A stretch of 63,981 nucleotides of DNA, the filler included, from Octopus bimaculoides (taxonomy: Eukaryota): assembly GCF_001194135.2 (NCBI RefSeq). It is 12 parts of 11 records of this genome, joined end to end, with 100 filler letters (N's around TTAATTAATTAA, not from the genome) between each part and the next. Parts side by side here need not be neighbours in the genome. Positions count along the whole stretch, not along the records: positions 43,466 to 53,449 come from NC_069007.1; positions 53,550 to 56,929 come from NC_069006.1; positions 57,030 to 58,163 come from NW_026364678.1; positions 58,264 to 62,857 come from NC_069007.1; positions 62,958 to 63,981 come from NW_026357596.1; 7 more parts are not named here. One strand, written 5' to 3'. Every line of letters starts with the position of its first letter. The stretch's first letter is position 1. The translations under genes were made by a program, and so were the position numbers. The notes beneath the pieces are model-generated. The model searched no databases and was not told where the DNA came from. It saw only the letters and a list, made by a program, of their open reading frames with translations. Of this stretch, positions 53,221 through 63,981 are shown piece by piece.

Positions 53221-53549
53221 GTAAGTTACTTCTATCATGTGTGTGTCTCTGTTTTGTTATATATATATATATATATATACACACACGCAAGTGTGTTTGT
53301 ACATGTGTATATGTATGTATATTGCTTGCTTTTTTTTTTGTCTATATATAAATAGTTTATCAGTAAACTAAATGATTACTCAATACTTTTTAGCGAAGTA
53401 CATGATGTCGAAGTTTCGACTTACTTGCATTCATCGGACTATATATATANNNNNNNNNNNNNNNNNNNNNNNNNNNNNNNNNNNNNNNNNNNNTTAATTA
53501 ATTAANNNNNNNNNNNNNNNNNNNNNNNNNNNNNNNNNNNNNNNNNNNN

Positions 53550-53595
<46 letters not shown>

Positions 53596-53690
53596 ATCTA
53601 TCTATCTATCTAACTGTATGTAGTAACTAAATCTTTATACTGGCTTTCTATCTTTCTCTCTCTTTCTACATATATGTGTGTGTGTGTGTG

Positions 53691-53889
53691 TGTATGATGT
53701 GTTGTGAATTTCTGGAAAGAAATCCCATAGAACTCAATGATTTTGTTAAAAATGGAGAAGGGAAGATGTTAAAATATAAAAGAGAATTTAAAATTCTCTT
53801 ATATATTTTAACATCTTCCCTTCTCCATTTTTATCAAAATTGTTGAGTTCTATGGCATTTCTTTATAGAAATTCACAACACATCATACA
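53691..53889. repeat. ~199 bp near-perfect palindrome (palindromic MITE-like)
   Basis: Arms of about 99 bp are centred on 53790 with essentially no spacer. The inner element starts TATGATGTG and ends CACATCATA. Confidence 0.9.
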
Positions 53890-54174
53890 TAAGTATTATT
53901 TTCATATTCGCAAATTTACGCCTATGAGCTACCAGCAAAATATGAAGAACCAATATTGGAAATCTTTTTTGGAAACCTCCAAATTAAAGGAAGACTCTAA
54001 TTCAACCTTTTTACACATACACACACACATATACACATACACACACACACACATGTATATATCTATATATGTATATATATATGTATATCTATATATATAT
54101 ATATATATATATATATGGGAGAATATACAAATAATAACAACAGACGAGGACAGGTGGTGTAAATNNNNNNNNNN

Positions 54175-54214
<40 letters not shown>

Positions 54215-54575
54215 GCACACATACATATATATATATATGCACACACACGCACACATACATATATATACATATACATTATATTTATATTTTTATTCGTTAT
54301 TCTTCTGTTTGTTCCAGTCATTTGACTGTGGCCATGCTGGAGCACCGCCTTTAGTCAAACAAATCAACCCTAGGACTTATTCATTGTAAGCCTGGTACTT
54401 ATTCTATCAGTCTCTCTTGCCAAATTTTTGCCAGTGTAATGATATGTANNNNNNNNNNNNNNNNNNNNNNNNNNNNNNNNNNNNNNNNNNNNNNNNNNNN
54501 NNNNNNNNNNNNNNNNNNNNNNNNNNNNNNNNNNNNNNNNNNNNNNNNATATATATATATATATATATATATATA

Positions 54576-54806
54576 CAGTAATCCCTTGATTATCACGAGT
54601 AATACGTTCCAAAAGCCCCACGATAGGTGAAAAATCCGCGAAGCAGAAACAATACAATACTGTATATTGTTATTATTTTTTTAATTATCTTTATTATTTG
54701 TGTATATTTATCTCATTATATGTGCAAAACAGCACCACGGAGGAATCGACCTAAGCTTAAATAATAATCCGCGATAGGTCAATTGCGATATGGCGAGGGA
54801 GTACTG
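54576..54806. mobile_element. pogo/Tigger-like MITE
   Basis: TA+CAGTAATCCCTTGATTATCACG at the left end; the right end reverse-complements to CAGTACTCCCTCGCCATATCGC. Confidence 0.8.
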
Positions 54807-55514
54807 TGTATGTGTGTGTGTGTGTGTGTCTGTACGTAACACGCAATCCTACAACGTGTGGGATTTGATTGCAAGACCCACGGGTATCAATGCTCTTCTT
54901 ATCTAACCGGTTTATATTTAAAATACCTCAGTAATTGAGATCACTTTCTTTATCTCATTAGGAAATCTTCCTGTTTGCACAAAAGGTTTTATATTAACTG
55001 AAGGAACGGCGCAAAATAAGAAACTGTACCAGTGAAAAATATGGACTAATGGATTAATCACCTCCCAATAAAATTGGTAACCATGGGCCTAAATAAGAAA
55101 CACTTCGTTTCACGTTATTCTGCGATGACTTCGACATTCGAGGTGTGACACTCCGTTTACCTGTACAAACAGTGCGAATCGGATGGAGGGTACGAGCTGA
55201 TTACAGTGCAAACATCTGATCCCTGTCCAAAAAATCAACTGTTCTGTGAGGAGTTCCTCAACTTTCATCTGTCAATAATCTGCAACCTCCCTATTCATAT
55301 AAACACCATGTCACACTACTTCCCAACATCATTGGGATACTTCGTGGCCCTTGTATACCGCCTAAAGAGAGATGAATACCAACAAGTGCCTTTCAACACG
55401 TATCACTATCCGCGGGATAAAAACGCAACAAACCCATGATTAACTTCCTTGGAAATACTAACCCTGGCATTACTGATTTCTACAGGCTATCGGTGTTTGA
55501 TTAGCGCTTTTACT

Positions 55515-55895
55515 TTTTTACTTGTTCAGTCATTTGACTGCGTCCATGCTGGAGCACCGCCTTTAGTCGAGCAAATCGACCCCGTGACTTATTATTTGTA
55601 AGCGTAGTACTTATCCTACCAGTTACTGTTGCAGAACCGCTAAGTTACGGGGACGTAAACACACCACCATCGGTTGTCAAGTGATACTGGGGGTACAGAC
55701 ACACAAACATATATACACACATACATATATATATAGTTATATACGACGGGCTTCTTTCAGTTTCCGTCTATCAAAATCCACTCACAAGGCTTTAGTCGGC
55801 CGGAGGCTATAGTAGAAGACACTTGCCCAAGGTGCCGTACAGTGGGAATGAACCCGGAACCATGTGGTTGGTAAGCAAGCTACTTACCACACAGC
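55515..55895 (-). mobile_element. SINE family A, near full length
   Basis: Both halves and the internal microsatellite are present, with CpGs largely retained. Confidence 0.85.
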
Positions 55896-56185
55896 CTAGT
55901 TGTTCATTAACCCCCCCCCCCCNNNNNNNNNNNNNNNNNNNNNNNNNNNNNNNNNNNNNNNNNNNNNNNNNNNNNNNNNNNNNNNNNNNNNNNNNNNNNN
56001 NNNNNNNNNNNNNNNNNNNNNNNNNNNNNNNNNNNNNNNNNNNNNNNNNNNNNNNNNNNNNNNNNNNNNNNNNNNNNNNNNNNNNNNNNNNNNNNNNNNN
56101 NNNNNNNNNNNNNNNNNNNNNNNNNNNNNNNNNNNNNNNNNNNCAAAAAAACCCCACCAATCTACTCTACACACCATTCGAGATT

Positions 56186-56346
56186 CAAGGTCGGCTCAAG
56201 GTACGGGCAACTCGGGCAATAGCCCGGGGCGCCTTGTGGGACGCCAAAGTGGGCGAGACAAAAAGAAGGAAATTTCCACAACCGTCAGCTTGTACACGCC
56301 GACGTTCAGCTTACCCGGGGCGCCAGCGACCCAAGGGCTGGTCCTG
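56186..56346. mobile_element. GC-rich MITE with CAGGGCCGGCCC-type termini
   Basis: Left end CAAGGTCGGCTC; right end reverse-complements to CAGGACCAGCCC. The 8 bp flanks match at 5/8. Confidence 0.55.
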
Positions 56347-56561
56347 CCTAGACTGCATATGCATACAATTATGGACTGCAGATACAACCAATATGTCTAA
56401 ATGGAATATATGATCAGAGACAATACTACGTACACAGAATTCTTGATGTGATGTTGACTTAAGTCGTTTTCTTGTTTCAGTATTATAATGTGTAGTTGTA
56501 CTTGCCACCTCTTCTGCGCAACATCTTTCTGTATGTGTGTCCGATTTATCTATCTATATCT

Positions 56562-56640
56562 ACTAGCAGAAATACCCGGCGTTGCCCGGGTTAAAGTGAA
56601 TAATGAAATCTAAAAACGCCGTCTAGACTACGCAACCCTC
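56562..56640 (-). mobile_element. Helitron 3' terminus
   Basis: Minus strand: hairpin ACCCGG-GCAACG-CCGGGT (56591-56574), then ATTTCTG, CTAG and T. This is the canonical hairpin plus CTRR|T end. Confidence 0.8.
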
Positions 56641-58405
56641 AACTGTTAGTAGCTACGATACCATATTTCTACCCTAATAACTCTCCAATCCATGCCAGCA
56701 TGGAACATAGACATTAAGTGGAATGCTAGAAGAAAGTTTTCAACTCATATCTATATAAAGTAAATACACGTAATTCAGAAACACGTTTTGTGTGTTTTAT
56801 TTTGTAACCAAACAAACAGGTACAGATTATAAATCATGAAAGGCCAATTTTGGCGATTCATTTGACAGAGGTAGTAGAGAGACAATGCGATGATAAATCT
56901 GAGGTTGGATCTTGAAAGTTTGGATGAATNNNNNNNNNNNNNNNNNNNNNNNNNNNNNNNNNNNNNNNNNNNNTTAATTAATTAANNNNNNNNNNNNNNN
57001 NNNNNNNNNNNNNNNNNNNNNNNNNNNNNTCTTCCCCCCAACCTGACAAGGATTGAACCCCAGACAGGACACTTCAGAATATCCACCCCACCCAGCTCAT
57101 CTGCACTCAACTTTACCACCAGTCTAGATAGAGATTGAAACCTCTACCTTCATACAAAGTTATTGGTTAAATTACTAACACCTTTAGCTATTAGGTCATC
57201 AAACCAACACCTGAAAAACAGATTAAAAATGAGATATTTAAATCTATTTTTATTATTGATTTGATGCTGCAGTGGATTTAATTATCTTATTTTCCACAGA
57301 AATTAACAGGGCACCCAGTGTAAGTAAAGACACAGATAAATAAGCAGTGATAGGACATCCTGCATAATCTGGTAGTGGATTCAAGTCAGACCAGACTGTA
57401 AGATTTCCCATTTAAATTCCCCTTTTTTTTTGTTGTTGTTTAACAATGGTTTAAAAAAAAAAAAACTGTAATAAGTGGAGATTGAAACCTCTATCATCTT
57501 GCAATGCTATTGAACTAATTATAAATACCTTTATTCAGAGGGTCGTCTCTGCAGCAACAAGAACAAGCTTAAAAATGGGATATTTATTTAAATCTATTCT
57601 CAATAATGATCTGATGTTGTGTTAGGGTTAGGGTTAAATATCTCATTTTTTACAGAACCTAGAAGTGGGAGACCCAGTAAACCAGTGGGTTAATGGCATG
57701 GTGAGGCAGAACAACAGATATATACATAGATATATATACATACATAGATATATATATATATACATATAGATATATATACATATATAGATATACTGGGCCC
57801 ACCATAAGTAACTATATATTTTCTTTTGCTTGTAATTTTGTTGATACTTATTCAAATTTTTTTCTATTTCATTTGAAATCTTATATTTATGTTTCAGATA
57901 TACTGTAAAAATAAGAGCACCACAACAAACCACAGCACATACGCAAGGCACAGTCATTTGACTGCGGACATGCTGGAGCACTGCCTTTAGTCAAACAAAT
58001 CGACCCCAGGACATTCTTTGTAAGCCTAGTACTTATTCTATTGGTCTCTGTTGCCGAACCGCTAAGTTACAGGGACAGAAACACACCAGTATTGGTTGTC
58101 AAGCGATGTTGGTGGGGACAAACACAGACACACAAATATATACACATATATATATATATATATNNNNNNNNNNNNNNNNNNNNNNNNNNNNNNNNNNNNN
58201 NNNNNNNTTAATTAATTAANNNNNNNNNNNNNNNNNNNNNNNNNNNNNNNNNNNNNNNNNNNNTTCATTCATGCATATATTTAAATGCCTATATAAACAA
58301 AAGCACAGGAATATACTCACATGTCAATGCACACATATTTCTAAAGTTTAAATATACATACATGATAGTAGTTTGTGATAATGATGATGGTAGTGTGACA
58401 ATGAT

Positions 58406-58436
<31 letters not shown>

Positions 58437-60345
58437 GTTTAACGTCCATCTTCCATGCTGGCATAATAATAATAATAATGATGATAATAATAATAATAAT
58501 ACTGCCCTAGGTGTACGGAAAACACTCCGCGAGAAATGGAAGAAAATTTGAAGAAAGAAGAAAAAAACAACATAATAATAATAATAATAATAGTAATAGT
58601 CTTTTATTAACCACAAGGACTTGAAGAGATAGAAAAAAATCTGAAACTTCAACAGAGGCTTACAAGCGTAAAAAAACATATAAATAAATAAAATGCTGAA
58701 AGAAAACATGGAGTGTTTAAGTCACGTTTACAAATACGAAATAGATTTGGAGAGAGTGTGACGTCAGACAGTACATGAATAGATTTTAAAAGTACATATA
58801 TTCTCATGGAAATAAGTGAAAAAACATTACAATTAAAGCACAATAATTAAAGGGAAGTATAATTAACAGGAAATAAAGCCTGAAAGATTACTGGAAAAAT
58901 TGGCTTTGGACACTTCTCAATCTTATCTTGTTAAACATTTCTGGAATTGTGTGCAAGTGCAACCCAATGCACCAGTAAGCCTTGTTTTAAAGGCATTTAG
59001 TGATGAAAATCTCCAGTATCTTTGAGGTATGGAATGAAACAGATGGGAATGGTTGTTTGGATGCTGATAATTTGGCACAACTGACTAAACATTGAACCTG
59101 TTTTTATAAAAGTAGTATTTTGGAATTGATGGTGTATGTAGAAATATAAACATAGAGATAAAGTGAGAGTGAAAAAGGAGAGAGAGAGAGAGAGAAATAC
59201 ATATTATAGTTTATTAATTGTGAATGATTGACAAACACTTTCCTCTCTTCAGACACTTAAGAGAAATATGCTCACACACATAAACAGAGAGGGAAGGAAG
59301 AGAGAAAAAGGAAGAGAGGGAGAGAACAGGAGGGTATAAGAGAGAGAGGGGGAGAGGTAGAAGGAAGAAAGAGAGAGAGAGATTAAGATTTATCAGTTGA
59401 ATATGACTGGCATAAACACTTACTCTCTCCTCAGATACATAAAGAGAAATACGTTCACATAGATAAAGAGAAAGAGAAGGGGAGGGAGGGAGGTAGAGTG
59501 AGTGAGAGAAGGAGAGAACAAGAGAGGCATTCAAATGACTGTTGTAAAATAGGTTATCATCTTATCTGCGACACCAAATAAGTGGCACCAAAGCAGTTGT
59601 GCCTAAATGCCTCATACTCTTTAGGGTATTGCTCTTTCAAGTCAGTTATAATGTTTTAGTTTTATTTTTACTAATAACCTATCTTTTGCATGTTGTTTAT
59701 TTTCTGACCCTGACTGTTCTTTGAATCATTCCAACTACTCCAGAAAGTTTGTACTATTTGTGATGTGTAATCTTGTTTAATAATTGTTTGATTTTTGAAT
59801 GAAGGCAAATCTCAGTTTGTTATTCATCCTCTTTTGCTTGTCTTTTATTATTTAACTGCGGAATGAAAGGCAAAGTCAATCTCAGCAGGATTGAGACTCA
59901 GTGTATAAAAACAGACAAAATGCTACCAAGCGTTTTGTGTGGTATGCTAATGAATCTGCCAGCTTACCACCCTGAGTATCGGTGTTATTGTAAAGAAATT
60001 GTTTCCTTTCCCACATTTTCATAAGTTCTCTGTTGAATTTTCTCTTTTGGAACTATTTCGTTTTAACTTTTTGTTTCTCCTTGTATCTTTTCTCAACAAG
60101 TCCGTAGATTTTCTGTTTAAATTATTTCTTCTTCATTGCACAACAGTGACATAACATCAGCAGTTGGTATTGCTGAGGGATGCAGTGTTTGACCTTCTGT
60201 TTAAACCTTTCATTACCATACTTCTGTTGAAATATACCAGTTTTATTTCGCTTAATTTTTAAAATAATGAAAAATTTACTCAAATAACTGCCATTATTAA
60301 ACTGTGTTTGGAACAAAATGTGTTTGGAACAAAATGTGTGGAATT

Positions 60346-60649
60346 CCACTGAGTACTTTGCACAACTTTCTAAGAATTCTACCAATTCACAACCTTAGCA
60401 GTTGTAATAATACTGGTTGCAAATTTCGATACATGACCAGCAAGTTTTGGGGGTGGAGGACCTGAAATTTTAGGGAAAGATTTTAAGGTAAAATAAGGAC
60501 CAGATGAGCACTGAGGTTGATGTAATCAATTTAGCTCCCCACCCCCAAAACTTGCTGGTCATGTGCCAAAATTTTCAACGAGTATTATTACAATTGCTAA
60601 GGTTGTGAGTTGGCAGAGTTGTTAGAAGGTTGTGCAAAATACTCAGTGG
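60346..60649. repeat. ~110 bp inverted duplication with an 82 nt spacer
   Basis: 60346-60456 matches the reverse complement of 60539-60649 at roughly 85-90% by eye. Confidence 0.88.
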
Positions 60650-61359
60650 CATTTTGCACATTTTGAGGTTCTGAGTTCAAATTCCATTGAAGTTGACTTT
60701 GCCTTTCATCCTTTCAGAGGTACTTCTTTTATAGAAGTACCTGATGAGCACTGGGGGCAATGTAACCAACATACCCTCTACCCCAAACTTGCTGGTCATG
60801 TACCAAAATTTGAAATCAATGATGTTTTTAACAGGGTTAAAGAAATATCACCTTTGTCACTCTTCTTTAGCTAGTTGTCCTTACCGTTATACACAAGTGA
60901 CTACTACCCAAAGACTTATGTTGTTTCCAATGTATCTTACTGCCACTCTGAAAAGTTTTTAACCAATCTTGGGTCTGTCATGCATCGGAGGACTCATCAG
61001 ACAAAAGGCCAAGTTGGTTTCTATAGTGCCACAACACTTCCCCCATGGATGGGATGACAGTCCATTGTAGGGCTAACTTCCCAACTATTTCTGGAGCTCA
61101 TTTACAGCTGAATGGACTGGAGGATTGTGCAGTGAAAAAGAGGCTAGTCAATTGCATCAACTCCATGGCTCAACTGGTACTTATTTTATCAACCCCGAAA
61201 AGATGAAGGACTCAGTTGACATTGGAAAAATTTGAACTCAGATCGTAAAGACAGATGAAATGCTGCCAAGCATTTTGCCTGACGTGCTAACAATTCCACC
61301 AGCTCACTGCCTTCATAATAATAACGATAATAATAATAATAATGATAATAATAATAATA

Positions 61360-61698
61360 GTGAAGGCGCATGGCTCAGGGGTTAGAGTGTTGAGCTTACA
61401 ATTGTGAGGTTGTGAGTTCGAATCCTGGACCGGGCTGTGTGTTGTGTTCTTGAGCAAGACACTTTATTTCACGTTGCTCCAGTTCACTCAGCTGTAGAAA
61501 TGAGTTGCGACGTCACAGGTGCCAAGCTGTTTCGGCCCCTTTGCCTTTCCCTTGGATAACATCAGTGGGATGGAGAGGGAAGGCTGGTATGCATGGGCGA
61601 CTGCTGGTCTTCCATAAACAACCTTGCCCGGACTTGTGCCTAGGAGGGTAACTTTCTAGGTGCAATCCCATGGTCAGTCATGACCGAAGGGGGTCTCA
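61360..61698 (+). mobile_element. SINE family C, full length, embedded in (AAT)n
   Basis: A-box-like TGGCTCAGGGG and B-box GAGTTCGAATCC; (AAT)n on both sides. Confidence 0.85.
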
Positions 61699-62204
61699 GT
61701 AGAATAATAATAATAATAATAATAATAATGATAATAGTAATAATTTTCTCTACTAAAAGCACGAGGCCTGAAATTTTGGGGCTGGGTACTAATCAATTAT
61801 ATTGACCCCAGTGCATAACTGGTACTTATTTTATCGACCTTGAAAGGACGAAAGGTAAAGTCAACCCTGGTAGCATTTGAACTCAGAATGTAAGGACAGC
61901 TGAAGTGCTGCTAATCATTTTTGCCTGAAGTGCTAACGATTCTACCAGCTTGCCAGTGGTTTCAAATTTTGTTACAAGGTTAGCCATTTCAAGGGAGAGC
62001 ATAAGTTGATTATATATGAACCCCAGTACGGAACTGGTACTTATTTTATTGACTCTGAAAAGATGAAGGGCGACATTGGCAAAATTTGAACTCAGATGAT
62101 GATGATGGTTAAGATTACAAGGGGGAAAAGAGAGGGAAAACAGAAGATAAAAGAGAATGATTTTCATCTAGAGACACCAGTTAATAGCTCTCCAACTCTT
62201 CTTT

Positions 62205-62490
62205 TTCGTCGTCTTCTTCTTCTTCTCCTCCTTCTTCTTCTTCTTCTTCTTCTCCTCCTTCTTCTTCTTTTTCTTCTTCTTCTTCTTCTTCTTCCATTTC
62301 TTCTTCTTCTTCTTCTTCTTCCATTTCTTCTTCCATTTCTTCTTCTTCTTCTTCTTCTTCTTCTTCTTCTTCTTCTTCTTCTTCTTCTTCTTCTTCGTCT
62401 TCTTCTTTGCCTTCTTCTTCTTTGCCTTCTTCTTCTTTGCCTTCTTCTTCACTTTCTTTTTCATCTTCTTCTTTTCTTCCTCTTCCTCCT
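62205..62490. repeat. Long (CTT)n microsatellite
   Basis: Directly visible; it explains the poly-K and poly-L ORFs. Confidence 0.95.
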
Positions 62491-62602
62491 CCAGATCTTG
62501 GGAAGACATCAACAAAATAGATGTCTCCACATCAAAACACTTTCAGTGTCTCTAGTGAATTTGTACTACGCATATAATACACACACACACACACATACAC
62601 AT

Positions 62603-62639
<37 letters not shown>

Positions 62640-62957
62640 CATATATGCACACGCTCACATGTATGTATAAGCACACGCATACATATGAAGATGTGCACAG
62701 ATTAGCAGGAGGCTGTGAGTTGGGCTGATAAACTAAAGTAGAGACAGGATTGTTTAATGGTTGAATTTCTCAAAGACAGTGTGTGTAACTGTATGTGTAC
62801 CCCTGGGAATATAACTGTATGTGTGCCTCTGTGTGTGTGTATGTGTATGTATATATANNNNNNNNNNNNNNNNNNNNNNNNNNNNNNNNNNNNNNNNNNN
62901 NTTAATTAATTAANNNNNNNNNNNNNNNNNNNNNNNNNNNNNNNNNNNNNNNNNNNN

Positions 62958-63042
62958 ATTGCAGCAACAATTATAATAACAGAAACAACCACAATAAGCC
63001 AAACCTTGTGGTTGTTTCTGTTATTATAATTGTTGCTGCAAT
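62958..63042. repeat. Perfect 37 bp hairpin with an 11 nt loop at a gap edge
   Basis: 62958-62994 is the exact reverse complement of 63006-63042. Confidence 0.9.
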
Positions 63043-63584
63043 AAAGTATCTTCAATGCATCGATTTTGAGCTCTATTTTTTAAGATATATATATGTATTA
63101 TACTCATTTATTGTGCTTTTAATTATTAATTTTTCTATATGTGATAGTGGATTTTCATCGATGAGTTCTTTAAAATTGGTTATTTCCCCTAAAACTATAT
63201 ATATATATATATATATATATGTCATAGCTACACTGTAGCAAAAACGAAAGGATCATAGCAAAGTGAACATCAGTGAGATTTGAAAGCAATGAGGAAAGTG
63301 TCAGAACGAAAAACGGCAAGACTGCCGATTCGCTGTGAGAATATATGCATTACACTGTTGAGATAATGGTTGAACTACAGTAGGGTCTGATAGCGCGTGG
63401 AAATATATGTCATTAGTGAAGGTTTTTCCGCTAACAATATTAATTCTTACAACCCTGATGGGCCGTGGGATGCTAGTAAACCTCTTAGTAACATTCGAGC
63501 CACAGGTAATAACAAATGAAATGATTGCAGTAGCAAGATATGTGATGTTGTTGATCAGAAAAGAGACAGGTGATTCGAAAATCG

Positions 63585-63870
63585 CGGGGAGACTGGACAG
63601 CGGAAAATTGTGATGATGCTGGTGACCGGAAAATCGGAATGGGACTGGAATGCGGAAAATCATGATGACGCAGGTCAGTGGGAAATCGTGATGACACTGG
63701 TCAGCGGAAAATCGTGATGACGCTGCTTAGTGGAAAACCCTGATGACGCTGGCCAGCAGAAATTCGGGGTGATGCTGGACTGCGAAAAATCATGACACTG
63801 GTCAGCGGAAATTCGTGATGACGCTGCTTAGTGGAAAACCGTGATGACGCCGGTGAGCAGAAACCACGGG
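63585..63870. repeat. 26 bp minisatellite (CGGAAAATCGTGATGACGCTGGTCAG) with higher-order duplication
   Basis: TGATGAC recurs at 63663, 63689, 63715 and 63741, then at 63816 and 63842 after one 23 bp unit. Confidence 0.88.
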
Positions 63871-63981
63871 ATAATGATGATTCTACACAGAGCAAGAGGA
63901 TTAGAGGCGAGAGAAGCATTTGTTGAGGATGTATTTCAAAACGGGGGCACCAGTTTTCATTTATGTTTTATGTAGTGTTTT

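Noticed and set aside
57290-57330. Acceptor/donor pair around GGCACCCAGT as integrin exon 2
   Set aside because: The 20 nt version hits an in-frame TAA in phase 2, and the 10 nt version lacks the expected LVGAP motif.
57621-57636. (TTAGGG)2 as an interstitial telomere
   Set aside because: Two to three units are expected by chance.
1607-62913. Recurring TTAATTAATTAA between N runs as a biological motif
   Set aside because: It is always embedded in N runs of similar length and gives stops in six frames, so it is a scaffolding linker.

Overview
Repeat-dense animal genomic scaffold with many N gaps, not prokaryotic. The SINE families, microsatellite load and gap style suggest a coleoid cephalopod, probably Octopus (inference). 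Nearly all supplied ORFs are microsatellite or gap artefacts. The one host gene I recognise is the first coding exon of an integrin alpha subunit (53018-53220, +). A second, unidentified small minus-strand gene is plausible (terminal exon 47133-47350, NRF1/ETS-type promoter near 49.2 kb). The rest is transposon debris: R4/Dong-like RLE retrotransposons stacked in (AAT)n tracts, RTE and Tx1-like fragments, mariner/maT remnants, MITEs, a Helitron end and at least four tRNA-headed SINE families. The most notable observation is a tRNA-headed element carrying a Penelope-type minimal hammerhead ribozyme in inverted terminal repeats (50717-51072). A second hammerhead-like family with a CCGAUGA core variant (35344, 53404) and several long hairpins in the integrin intron also stand out. 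All alignments and folds were done by eye; no database searches were run.
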